From positions 1-49,048 of the forward strand of contig JAITNK010000098.1 of NCBI GenBank assembly GCA_031290515.1: a stretch of 49,048 nt of DNA, written 5' to 3'. Source of the stretch: Oscillospiraceae bacterium (GTDB lineage Bacteria > Bacillota > Clostridia > Oscillospirales > Oscillospiraceae). Below are positions 35,777 to 44,610 of this stretch, piece after piece. A program made the position numbers and the translations under genes. Every line of letters starts with the position of its first letter. Position 1 is the first letter of the stretch. Under the pieces are notes generated by a model. That model had not been told where the DNA came from, searched no databases, and saw only the letters and a program-made list of their open reading frames with translations.

Positions 35777-36784
35777 TTATGACCGTCTTTTCGGTCTCGG
35801 CGGCAGAAAAATCAGCATATCGCGCTCTCTGACGACGAGAGCTTCCGGTACGTCGAGGTACTTTGTGCCGTTTTTGGAAGCGCACAGCGCGGTTATGCCG
35901 TCAACCGCCCGCCGCGTCAGCCGGACGCCGGAAAGCTCGCGCAGAACCCGCGCGGCGAGCGCGCGCGGCATAGCGTACAGCGCGGACGCGGGAAACGCGG
36001 TTCCGCCGCCGGATTCGCCGGTTATCCCGAGTTTCGCAATTTCCACGCGCGCCGCGGACGCGATAAACTCTTCGTCCTCTCGCAGCGACTCGGAAAGCTC
36101 CGCCGTATGCTCCGAAACGCGCGGATTGACACCGCGCAGAACCGGCATTACCGAGTGCCTGATTTTGTTGCGCGCGTAAGACTCGTCGCCGTTCGACGAG
36201 TCTTCGGTGTGCGGCACGTTCTCCTCGCGGAGCAGCGTCTCGATTTCCGCGCGGGCGACGGTCAGCATCGGGCGGATAATGCCGCCGCGCACGGGCGGGA
36301 TTCCCGACAGTCCGCGCGCTCCGGCTCCCCGGGCGAGATTTAAGAGCACCGTCTCGGTATTGTCGTCGGCGTTGTGCGCCGTCGCGACGACGGAACCGCG
36401 CGTTTCCGCAACGGCTTCGAGGAATTCGTACCGCAGCCGGCGCGCCGCGTCCTCCGTGCCGAGCTTTTCGGAGAGCGCGAACGCGCGCGTGTCTCCGCTT
36501 CCGACGTCAAGCTGAATACCGTTCCCGCCGCACCAGCTTTCGACGAACTCGCGGTCGCGGTCGGACTCCGCGCCGCGAAGCCTGTGGTCAAAGTGCGCCG
36601 CAGTAACCCCGAAGCCGAGCGACGGCGCGATGCGCGTCAGCACCGTCAGCATTGCCATAGAGTCCGCGCCGCCGGAGACCGCCGCGGTCACGCGGGAAAC
36701 TCCCGCGAACATTTTGTGCCTGTCCGCGAACGCGGTTACGGTCTCCGAAACGCGCCGCAACGCGGACGCGCCGCGGTCATTCAT
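35777..36784 (-). CDS. tilS: tRNA(Ile)-lysidine synthase
   Basis: PP-loop SGGADSMAM. Start taken at the ATG in the ATGAATGA overlap with the dnaB stop; an upstream in-frame start at 36805 is also possible. Confidence 0.9.
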   Translation of the reverse strand: MNDRGASALRRVSETVTAFADRHKMFAGVSRVTAAVSGGADSMAMLTVLTRIAPSLGFGVTAAHFDHRLRGAESDRDREFVESWCGGNGIQLDVGSGDTRAFALSEKLGTEDAARRLRYEFLEAVAETRGSVVATAHNADDNTETVLLNLARGAGARGLSGIPPVRGGIIRPMLTVARAEIETLLREENVPHTEDSSNGDESYARNKIRHSVMPVLRGVNPRVSEHTAELSESLREDEEFIASAARVEIAKLGITGESGGGTAFPASALYAMPRALAARVLRELSGVRLTRRAVDGITALCASKNGTKYLDVPEALVVRERDMLIFLPPRPKRRS

Positions 36785-38129
36785 CGTCGTCGTGGTGCCG
36801 TTCAAGCGTGGAGTACAGCGTAAGCTCCGGCGACCAGTGCAGGAACACCTTTCCGGTTTCGCCGCGCCGGTTTTTCAGGATAATAAGCTCCGCCGTGTTC
36901 GGGTGTTCCGTCTCGGGGTTATAGTATCCCTCGCGGTAGAGTCCGAGCACAACGTCCGCGTCCTGCTCTATGGCTCCCGACTCGCGCATATCGGACAGCA
37001 CCGGACGCTTGTCCGCGCGCGCCTCGTTCGCGCGGGACAGCTGCGACAGGCAGATAACCGGGACGTTAAGCTCTTTTGCCATAATCTTAAGCATACGCGA
37101 GATGTCGGACACGACCTGCGTCCGGTTTTCGGACGCGTAACCCGACCTTCCGCCCGCGGACTGCATAAGCTGGAGGTAGTCTATGATGACGAGTCCGAGC
37201 TTCGGGACGCGGCGGCACTGCGCGTTCATATCCGCGACGGAGACGGACGGATTATCGTTGATTAAAAGTTCCGACTTGCTGATTCGCGCCGCCGCGTCGA
37301 GCAGCTTTGCCCAGTCTGCCTGCGAAAGTCTGCCCGTTTGCAGGCGTTTACCGTCAATGCAGCTCTCGGACGAGAGCAGCCGCAAAGCGAGCTGCTCCCT
37401 CGACATTTCGAGCGAGAAAATCGCGACCGACCGCTCCGTAACGCGCGACGCGTTCAGCGCGATGTTCAGCGCGATACTCGTTTTGCCCATACTCGGGCGC
37501 GACGCAATCAGAATGAGGTCCGCTTTGTTCAGTCCCATAATCGCGTTGTCGAGGTCGGCGAGCCCGGACGGGATTCCGGTGATTCCGCTTCCGAGCTTGC
37601 CCGCGTCCGTAATCTGCGCGAACACGCCGGTCAGTATCTTGCCGACCGGCTCGAGTCCGTCGGTAGACCGCCCCTGCCGCAGCGCGTATATTCTGCGCTC
37701 CGACGCGTCGAGAACGCTCTCCGCGCCGCCCTCGCCGCTTGACGCCATACCGGTAATGTCGGTTCCCGCATCCGCGATTTGGCGCAGAAGCGCGCTGTCC
37801 CGCACAATTTTCGCGTATTCGAGGACGTTCGCCGCCGTCGGAGTTATGTTCATCAGGTCGATGAGGTACTGCATCGCGTCGGCGTTCACGATTCCGCGCT
37901 CGCGCATATTCGCGTCCACCGTTACCGGGTCTATCGGCTTCCCGAAGTTGAACATCGAGATAATCGTCGCGTAAATCTCGCGGTGCGTCTCTGAATAGAA
38001 ATCGTCCGCTTTAAGGAGCGTTACGACTTTCGGAACGCAGCCGCCGTCGATTATCATTGCGCCGATAACGGACTGTTCCGCCTCGGGCGAGTGCGGCGTT
38101 TTATACTGCGCCGCGGAATACTCGGGCAA
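36777..38129 (-). CDS. dnaB: Replicative DNA helicase
   Basis: PHSPEAEQSVIGAMI..., Walker A SRPSMGKTS, IIDYLQLM, and ELNVPVICLSQLSR. Probable TTG start at 38129 after a GGGGGG RBS; the ORF is open to 38210. Confidence 0.93.
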   Translation of the reverse strand: MPEYSAAQYKTPHSPEAEQSVIGAMIIDGGCVPKVVTLLKADDFYSETHREIYATIISMFNFGKPIDPVTVDANMRERGIVNADAMQYLIDLMNITPTAANVLEYAKIVRDSALLRQIADAGTDITGMASSGEGGAESVLDASERRIYALRQGRSTDGLEPVGKILTGVFAQITDAGKLGSGITGIPSGLADLDNAIMGLNKADLILIASRPSMGKTSIALNIALNASRVTERSVAIFSLEMSREQLALRLLSSESCIDGKRLQTGRLSQADWAKLLDAAARISKSELLINDNPSVSVADMNAQCRRVPKLGLVIIDYLQLMQSAGGRSGYASENRTQVVSDISRMLKIMAKELNVPVICLSQLSRANEARADKRPVLSDMRESGAIEQDADVVLGLYREGYYNPETEHPNTAELIILKNRRGETGKVFLHWSPELTLYSTLERHHDDDE

Positions 38130-38284
38130 GGCTTCGCACCCCCCTTTACGCACACGCAAAGCGCGTGCGTGTAATATATAAGTGATAAGCGTCAAACCGG
38201 GAACTGACACGTTTTTTTTACTAAACTTTGCTTTTGCAGCTTTTTTCCCGGAAACGCGCGCGTCCCCGCGGCTTTCGCGCCCCG

Positions 38285-38728
38285 CTACTCCTCCGTGACG
38301 AGTACGCTGAGCGCGCCGGACACTTCGTAGCCGAGCTTGACCTTTATCTCGTATGTGCCGAACGCCTTGATATGTTCCGACACGAACTTGTTTTTCTCGA
38401 TTTTGACGCCGTGCTGCGCTTCGAGAGCCTCCGCGATTTCGGTGTTCGTAACCGAGCCGAAGAGCCGTCCCGCGCCGCCGGACTTCGCCGTGACGCGCAC
38501 CTGAATCTCCGACAGTTTTTGCGCGGTCGCCTGCGCCTCCGCTCTGTCAAGCTCGCCGCGTCGTTTCTTCGCCGCGTCCTGCTGCTTCATTTGGTTGACG
38601 GTTTCCGCGGTCGCCTCCACCGCGAGCTTGCGCGGCAGCAAAAAGTTTCTCGCGTAGCCGTCCGAAACCTCTACCATCTGCCCTTTTTTGCCCTGGTCGC
38701 GCACGTCCTGCCGCAGTATAACTTTCAT
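38285..38728 (-). CDS. rplI: 50S ribosomal protein L9
   Basis: [45 protein letters not shown]. Confidence 0.96.
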   Translation of the reverse strand: MKVILRQDVRDQGKKGQMVEVSDGYARNFLLPRKLAVEATAETVNQMKQQDAAKKRRGELDRAEAQATAQKLSEIQVRVTAKSGGAGRLFGSVTNTEIAEALEAQHGVKIEKNKFVSEHIKAFGTYEIKVKLGYEVSGALSVLVTEE

Positions 38729-38810
38729 CTGTAATCTCCTCTTAATTTATCGCCCGGTCGGCGCAGCCTCCCGCCGCTTCGCGCCCGTAATCCCGCGCGC
38801 CGCAACGCTT

Positions 38811-40832
38811 TCATCTGTGAATCTCTTCCGCCTTAATGTCCGTTAAATGCTCGTCGATAGCGCGCAAAAGCTGTTGCGACGCGGTTTCTATGTCCGTACT
38901 CCTGACCGTCGCTCCGGCGATTGACTGGTTGCCGCCGCCGCCGAGCTTTTCGAGTACGAGCTGGACGTTTATCCGTCCTATGCTCCGCGCCGAAACGACC
39001 ACGTCTTCCCCGCTCGTCGAGATTACGAAAGAGCAGGTCACTCCCTCGATAGTCAGCAGTTCGTCCGCCGCCTGCGCGACGGAAACCCTCGATTCGTCCT
39101 TTTCCGAGACGGCGATTGCGACCCCGCCCTTGTACACTTTCGCGTTGCGGACTATCTCGAACCGCTGCATCGCGGTCTGATAGTCGGACTGCATAAGCGA
39201 CTTAACGTCCGTCGTCTCGGCTCCCGCGCGCCGCAGGAACGACGCCGCGTCGAACGTGCGCGAGCCGGTGTGAATCGAAAACGTCTTGGTGTCGAGTACG
39301 ATTCCGGCGAGCAGCGCGTCCGTCTCCGCTTTCCTGATTTCGCCGGTTTCGACGAGGTACTGGAGCATTTCCGTGACAAGCTCGCTCGCGGAGGACGCGT
39401 ACGGTTCGTTGTAGTTGAACACCGCGTTTTCTATAAACGTCGCGGCGCGCCGGTGGTGGTCGATAACCGCGACTCTGGCGCAGGCTTCGAGCAGCGGCAG
39501 AGACTCCACTTCCTCCGGGCGCGACGTGTCCACCACGACGAGCAGCGTCCGCGCGTCGGCTGTGATAAGCGCGTCCGTCGGCGTGAGGAACGCTCCGGCG
39601 AAGTCGGGCGACTCTCTGAGCGACGCGATGAGCTTCGCCGACATTGTGCGCGTCTCGTCGGCGACGATGAACGCCGGAATGCCGAGCGAAAACGCGATTC
39701 GGCAAATTCCCGCCGCCGCGCCGACGCAGTCGTAGTCGCCGTTTCTGTGCCCCATAACGTAAACGGACGACGCGTCCGCGATAAGCTGCCCGAGAGCGGT
39801 TGACATAACGCGCGAGCGGACTTTTGTGCGCTTCTCGTGTTCGGCGGAACTGCCGCCGAAAAACTCGAAATTGCGCTCGTCCTTGATTACCGCCTGGTCG
39901 CCGCCCCTCGCGAGAGCCATTTCGAGCGCGAGCTGCGCGAACCTGACGCACTCTCCGAGCGTTTCGGCTCCCCGCCCCGCGCCGATTGACAGAGACGCCC
40001 GCGTACCCCCCGCGCCCTCGATTTCGCGAACGGCTTCAAGCACGGAAAACTTGTCTTTCGGGAACTTCGCGGCGTTGCGCTCCTCACAGACGAACAGATA
40101 CCTGTCGCGGTCGTACTTGCGGAGGAAGCCGCCGATTTCGCCGGTCCAGGTCTGAAGCTTGCCGTCGATGTCGGAGAGCGCGGTGGATTTGTCCCGCTCG
40201 GACAGGTTTTTCAGGATTTCCTCATAGTTGTCAATCGCGATTATCGCCGCGACGAGCCGCGAGTCCGCGTATTTGGCGGCGATTTCCTCATAGCGGGACA
40301 CGTCCAGCCAGTAGGTCGTGCAGATATACGCCGCGCTGTCGCCGCGCGCCGGAGCGCGGAGCATAGTGCCGTACACGCGCATATGCCTGTCCCCGACGGC
40401 GACCGTCTCCGGCGACTCGATTTTGCCGTCGCGCAGCCACTGATACGAGAATCCGGGCACTAAGTCGCCGACTCCGATTTCAAAAAAGTGCTTGCGGGAA
40501 CCGGTTATCGTGTTGAATCCTTCGTTCGCCCAGATGATGTTTCCGGTGTCGGCATAAAACACCGCGACCGGCAACGGCGACCGCGCGAGCGAGTTTTCGG
40601 AAGCCGAGCCGATACTCTCCGAAACGGTCTCGATATACTTCGCTAACTTGTCGGTGCGGCGGCGGTTGTCCGCGAGCGTGTAAATCCCGAGCAGGATTAT
40701 CACGACGGTTTCCGCGACCGCGAGGTAATAGTTGTTTCCGGCGAAGAAGTATGTCAGCGCGGCGAATATGACGAGCAGGAAGAAGAACAGCCGCATACTC
40801 GGGCGCATAAATCTCGGTAAACCCGGTTTCAA
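38811..40832 (-). CDS. gdpP: GdpP-type cyclic-di-AMP phosphodiesterase (2 TM, PAS-like, degenerate GGDEF, DHH/DHHA1)
   Basis: Domain order and the conserved gdpP-rplI-dnaB synteny of Firmicutes. DHH motif region VIDHHRR and GGGNQSIAG. TTG start 8 nt after AAGGAGGG. Confidence 0.85.
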   Translation of the reverse strand: MKPGLPRFMRPSMRLFFFLLVIFAALTYFFAGNNYYLAVAETVVIILLGIYTLADNRRRTDKLAKYIETVSESIGSASENSLARSPLPVAVFYADTGNIIWANEGFNTITGSRKHFFEIGVGDLVPGFSYQWLRDGKIESPETVAVGDRHMRVYGTMLRAPARGDSAAYICTTYWLDVSRYEEIAAKYADSRLVAAIIAIDNYEEILKNLSERDKSTALSDIDGKLQTWTGEIGGFLRKYDRDRYLFVCEERNAAKFPKDKFSVLEAVREIEGAGGTRASLSIGAGRGAETLGECVRFAQLALEMALARGGDQAVIKDERNFEFFGGSSAEHEKRTKVRSRVMSTALGQLIADASSVYVMGHRNGDYDCVGAAAGICRIAFSLGIPAFIVADETRTMSAKLIASLRESPDFAGAFLTPTDALITADARTLLVVVDTSRPEEVESLPLLEACARVAVIDHHRRAATFIENAVFNYNEPYASSASELVTEMLQYLVETGEIRKAETDALLAGIVLDTKTFSIHTGSRTFDAASFLRRAGAETTDVKSLMQSDYQTAMQRFEIVRNAKVYKGGVAIAVSEKDESRVSVAQAADELLTIEGVTCSFVISTSGEDVVVSARSIGRINVQLVLEKLGGGGNQSIAGATVRSTDIETASQQLLRAIDEHLTDIKAEEIHR

Positions 40833-40907
40833 ATAACCTGCCCTCCTTTAGTCAGCCGCCCGCCGGAAATGAATCCCGGCTCCGCTCAATACTTGTACCT
40901 TTGTACC

Positions 40908-40936
40908 ATTATAATACAACCGTGCGCAAAACGCAA
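40908..40936 (-). promoter_or_regulatory. sigma-A-type promoter TTGCGT-17-TATAAT upstream of gdpP
   Basis: Minus strand: TTGCGT (40936-40931), 17-nt spacer, TATAAT (40913-40908). Confidence 0.5.
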
Positions 40937-40955
40937 TAACAAGTTGCGCGGCGCG

Positions 40956-41603
40956 CTAATCCTCTAACCGCACTCTCTTTTTCGCGCGCGCCGCCAGCAC
41001 AATCCGCACAAACCACAGCAGAATGAACAGCTGCGCGACTCCGCAGACGATGAACAGCAGCCACGCGTACCGAAGCTCGCTCAAAAACAGGTACACGCAG
41101 GCGGCGGAAGTCCAGGCGAGCGCGCTTACCGATATGAACAGCAGCTTCGGTCCCCACCACAGCGCGGAGGCGACGACAAACGCCGCGGCGGACGCCGGCA
41201 CCGCGACGACAAACGTAATCCACGCGTACGGAATCTCCGGAAATATCAGCTTCCAGAACGTAAACGCGAGCGTCGCGGCAAGCCAGACGCAGACGAGAAT
41301 CTGAAGAAATACGACTACCCTGCTGCGGTTTCCGGGTGCGACGGGCATACCCGCCGAGGCGGGCGTTTCTATCAGAAAGTCATTCACGGTAACGCCGTAA
41401 AGCTCCGCGAGCCTGCTGAGCAGGAACACGTCCGGCGTACCGCCCGCGCGCTCCCACTTGGAGACGGACTTATCCGAATAGTTAATAAGCGCGGCAAGCT
41501 CGCTCTGCGTCAGTCCGCGCTGTCTTCTGTAATACACGAGGTTTTTCGCTATCGTCGTCGAGAGTTTCCCGTTGCCGGATTGCTCTTCTGAAATGAAAAA
41601 CAC
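40956..41603 (-). CDS. XRE-family HTH regulator fused to a C-terminal membrane domain of about 4 TM helices
   Basis: HTH segment RQRGLTQSELAALINYSDKSVSKWERAGGTPD, then hydrophobic helices. The start is uncertain: GTG 41603 abuts the SD, and ATT 41594 has ideal spacing. The track start at 41669 lies inside the predicted promoter. Confidence 0.7.
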   Translation of the reverse strand: MFFISEEQSGNGKLSTTIAKNLVYYRRQRGLTQSELAALINYSDKSVSKWERAGGTPDVFLLSRLAELYGVTVNDFLIETPASAGMPVAPGNRSRVVVFLQILVCVWLAATLAFTFWKLIFPEIPYAWITFVVAVPASAAAFVVASALWWGPKLLFISVSALAWTSAACVYLFLSELRYAWLLFIVCGVAQLFILLWFVRIVLAARAKKRVRLED

Positions 41604-41640
41604 CTCTCTTTCAGTCACTCTACTGAGGATAGATACGTTT

Positions 41641-41669
41641 ATTATAACTCTACTTTCGCAAAAGCGCAA
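41641..41669 (-). promoter_or_regulatory. sigma-A-type promoter TTGCGC-17-TATAAT for the XRE-membrane gene
   Basis: Minus strand: TTGCGC (41669-41664), 17-nt spacer, TATAAT (41646-41641). Confidence 0.5.
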
Positions 41670-41697
41670 TAGTAGATTTTTGACGGCGAACGGTATA

Positions 41698-41726
41698 TTG
41701 CGTTTTTCAGGCAGCCAACATATAAT
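41698..41726 (+). promoter_or_regulatory. sigma-A-type promoter TTGCGT-17-TATAAT giving a leader of about 195 nt before degV
   Basis: TTGCGT 41698-41703 and TATAAT 41721-41726. Confidence 0.5.
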
Positions 41727-41794
41727 TATTTACGATGAACCGCGAACGCGCGCCGCGCCGTATGCGTGCGGCGGTGTGCGGTCAGGCGGACATA

Positions 41795-41864
41795 TCGGCG
41801 AAGCCGCGTCTTACGGAGCGGCGTTTTGCCGAAACTTGAGCGCGGGAGGGCTTTCTCGCCCCGC
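41795..41864 (+). repeat. Copy 3 of the conserved GC-rich leader element (sense with degV)
   Basis: TCGGCGAAGCCGCGTCTTACGGAGCGGCGTTTTGCCGAAACTTGAGCGCGGGAGGGCTTTCTCGCCCCGC aligns with the ftsH and 16392-16457 copies. Confidence 0.45.
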
Positions 41865-41928
41865 AAAGTCTGCGGACTTCGCGGGGACCCCGATTGCCTG
41901 ACCAAGCGGATAACGGGAGGTATTAAAT

Positions 41929-42816
41929 TTGGCTGGGTATCAGGTCACAGCGTCCTCGACGACGGATTTGCCCGCGGATTACTATGTGAAGCGGAGCGTT
42001 CCGATTGCGAACTACAGGTTTCATCTTGACGGAGAGGTTTATCTCGACGATTTCGGGAAGTCTCTGCCGCTCTCCGAGTTTTACAGGAGAATCGGCGAGG
42101 ACGGCGCGGAGCCTACGACTTCGCAGCTCAACCTGTCGGACTATATCAGTCTATTCGAGCCGATTCTGCACCGGGGCGAGGACGTTCTGCACCTTGAGAT
42201 GTCCTCGGCTATCACCGGTTCGATTCAGTCCGCGTACTTTGCGCGCGACCAGCTCTCCGCGCAGTACCCCGACCGCAGGATTTATCTTGTGGACACGCTC
42301 GCCGCGAGCGCGGGCTACGGGCTGCTGCTCGACAAAGTACTCGACTTCCGCGACGAAGGTATGCCCGCAGAAGAGCTTTACAACTGGACCGAGGCGCACA
42401 AGCTGAATATGCACCACTGGTTTTTTACGTCGGAGCTGAAACACCTGCGCCGCGGCGGGCGCGTCTCGGCTTCCGCCGCAATCGTCGGGACGTTTCTGAA
42501 CATCTGCCCGCTTATGAATATGTCGAATGAGGGCAAGCTGACCCCGAGGGCTAAAATCCGCGGCAAAAAGCACGTCGTCGCGGAGTGCGTCCGGCGAATG
42601 GCTGAGTTCGCGGACGGCGGAACGTCATACTCCGGCAAGGTCTTTTTGTCGCATTCCGCGAATATGACGGACGCGCAGTCCGTCGTGTCGCTGGTACTCG
42701 CGACGTTCCCGAACGTCAGGGAGGTTCAGGTTTCCGACGTCGGCACCGTCATCGGAAGTCACACCGGACCCGGTACTGTCGCGCTGTTCTTCTGGGGGCG
42801 GAAGCGCGTGGATTAG
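41929..42816 (+). CDS. DegV-family fatty-acid-binding protein
   Basis: TTG start 8 nt after GGGAGG. Typical DegV layout (SSTTDLP..., TSQLNLSDY, SSAITGSIQSA, GTVIGSHTGPG). Confidence 0.9.
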   Translation: MAGYQVTASSTTDLPADYYVKRSVPIANYRFHLDGEVYLDDFGKSLPLSEFYRRIGEDGAEPTTSQLNLSDYISLFEPILHRGEDVLHLEMSSAITGSIQSAYFARDQLSAQYPDRRIYLVDTLAASAGYGLLLDKVLDFRDEGMPAEELYNWTEAHKLNMHHWFFTSELKHLRRGGRVSASAAIVGTFLNICPLMNMSNEGKLTPRAKIRGKKHVVAECVRRMAEFADGGTSYSGKVFLSHSANMTDAQSVVSLVLATFPNVREVQVSDVGTVIGSHTGPGTVALFFWGRKRVD

Positions 42817-42828
42817 CGGAAATACCGC

Positions 42829-42870
42829 AAAAAGCAAAGGAGCGTACTTTCGTACGCTCCTTTGCTTTTT
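42829..42870. terminator. Strong bidirectional rho-independent terminator
   Basis: Perfect 18-19-bp stem AAAAGCAAAGGAGCGTAC-TTTC-GTACGCTCCTTTGCTTTT, flanked by A and T runs. Confidence 0.85.
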
Positions 42871-42938
42871 GCTTCGGCGGCAGCCGCGGACGGCGTAAGT
42901 CCGCCCGCCGCCTGCGTTCTGACCCGTCCGAGTGGCTA

Positions 42939-42985
42939 TTGACAATCCGCATATTTCGTAATATTATATAATTGTTTACAATTAT
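42939..42985 (+). promoter_or_regulatory. Promoter TTGACA-17-TATTAT with an 8+2+8 perfect palindrome (operator-like) at the transcription start
   Basis: TTGACA 42939-42944 and TATTAT 42962-42967. Palindrome ATAATTGT-TT-ACAATTAT at 42968-42985. Confidence 0.55.
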
Positions 42986-43020
42986 CCTCCGCTTTGCGTA
43001 AACGGTAAGGAGACGCGATT

Positions 43021-44610
43021 ATGTTTTACAGCATACTTTTTCCCTCTCCGGAACACATTGCTCTGACCGAGAGTCCGCCGCAGTATTTCGCCGATACTAA
43101 CCTCGACCAGCTCGTGTTTCACATTGCGACCGTAAAGAAGGCGCATAAGCTCGCGCCGCACTTCTGTACTCCGCTGTCCGACCTGCGGACAATCGAATAC
43201 CGGCAGCAAGTCCTGCGCGAGCTGGAGGACGGGAGTCTGCGCGAGCTTTACGGCGAGCTTTCGGACGCGGTCTGCGAAATCGAAGCCGCTATGGAAAAAG
43301 CGGGCGGCGACCTGACGTCTTTCGCGAACGCCAACCTCGACGGGTCGCCGCGCTATAAATATTTCGCGCTCGGACAGTTTCTGAACTGCGCGTCGAATTA
43401 CTGCGCCACTATCGAAAAGCTGACGGCTTCCGTCGCCGCCGCGGAGTTCAGGTCCGAAGGACTGCGCGCGTTCGCCGAATACCTCGCCGGGTACGCCGCG
43501 TCGGAGGAGTTTGCGAAACTGCGCTCTCAGGCGGCGGAACTTCGCGGCAAGCTCAAATCTGTGCGGTACAATATGCTGCTCGAAAACACGCAAAGCGGTA
43601 TGAAAGCGGCGTCTGCCCGCGTCCGGCGGTACGACGGCGAGGAATCGTATTCGGACAGTCTGCTCGCGCTGTTCCGAAAGTTCAGGCAGTCGGACGGCGA
43701 GCCGTACAAACGCGTCTTGCCGGAAACACCGGTGTCAGTGGCGAATGAACACGCGCTGCTCGGACTGGTCGCGAAAACGCACCCGGAAGTTTTCGTCAAG
43801 CTTCGGAGCTTTTGTATGGCTAACCTCAGTTACCTCGACGAAACTATCGGCAGATTCGCGCACGAGATTCAGTTTTACATAGGCTGGCACGAATACACCG
43901 CCGCGGTGCGCGCCGCGGGACTGCCGCTGTGCTATCCGACGCTGATAACCGGCGCGGGAGACGTGCGCTTGCGCGGTATGTTTGACGTTGTGCTCGCGGC
44001 AAAGCAGCGGGGAACCGGTATAATTCCGAACGACTTTGAACTCGTTGCGCCGGAGCGGATTGCGGTCATCACGGGACCGAACCAGGGCGGCAAGACGACT
44101 CTCTCCCGCGCTTTCGGACAGGCGCACTACTTAGCGTCGCTCGGTCTGTCCGTACCCGGTACCGAAGCGCGGCTGTTCCTGTGCGATAAAATACTGACTC
44201 ACTTCGGCAAGCAGGAGGACCTCGAAATGCTGTCCGGACAGTTGCAGGACGACTTAATCCGGCTCAAGTCGCTGTTCGACTCGGCGACGCCGCGCAGCAT
44301 CATTATCATCAACGAAATATTCGCGTCAACGACGCTGTTCGACGCGCTCGCAATCGGCAGGCTCGTAATGGATAAGCTCACGAAACTCGGCGCGCCCGCG
44401 CTGATGATTACGTTTCTCGACGAGCTTGCGGACTACGGCGAAAACACAATCAGCGTCGCGGGCGTCGTGGACGCGGAAAGTCCGGAACGCCGCACATACA
44501 GGTTCGAGCGCAAGCGGCCGGAGAGCCTCGCTTACGCCGGACACATTATGCGCAAGTACAACCTCACCCCCGAGCTTATGGACGGGAGACTGCAAAAATG
44601 CAAAAGCTGA
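43021..44610 (+). CDS. MutS-family core/ATPase-only protein (no mismatch-binding or Smr domain), paralog A
   Basis: AAGGAG RBS. Walker A GPNQGGKTT, Walker B IIIINE (D to N), and an N-terminal MutS-core-like helical region (IEYRQQVLRELED). Confidence 0.8.
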   Translation: MFYSILFPSPEHIALTESPPQYFADTNLDQLVFHIATVKKAHKLAPHFCTPLSDLRTIEYRQQVLRELEDGSLRELYGELSDAVCEIEAAMEKAGGDLTSFANANLDGSPRYKYFALGQFLNCASNYCATIEKLTASVAAAEFRSEGLRAFAEYLAGYAASEEFAKLRSQAAELRGKLKSVRYNMLLENTQSGMKAASARVRRYDGEESYSDSLLALFRKFRQSDGEPYKRVLPETPVSVANEHALLGLVAKTHPEVFVKLRSFCMANLSYLDETIGRFAHEIQFYIGWHEYTAAVRAAGLPLCYPTLITGAGDVRLRGMFDVVLAAKQRGTGIIPNDFELVAPERIAVITGPNQGGKTTLSRAFGQAHYLASLGLSVPGTEARLFLCDKILTHFGKQEDLEMLSGQLQDDLIRLKSLFDSATPRSIIIINEIFASTTLFDALAIGRLVMDKLTKLGAPALMITFLDELADYGENTISVAGVVDAESPERRTYRFERKRPESLAYAGHIMRKYNLTPELMDGRLQKCKS

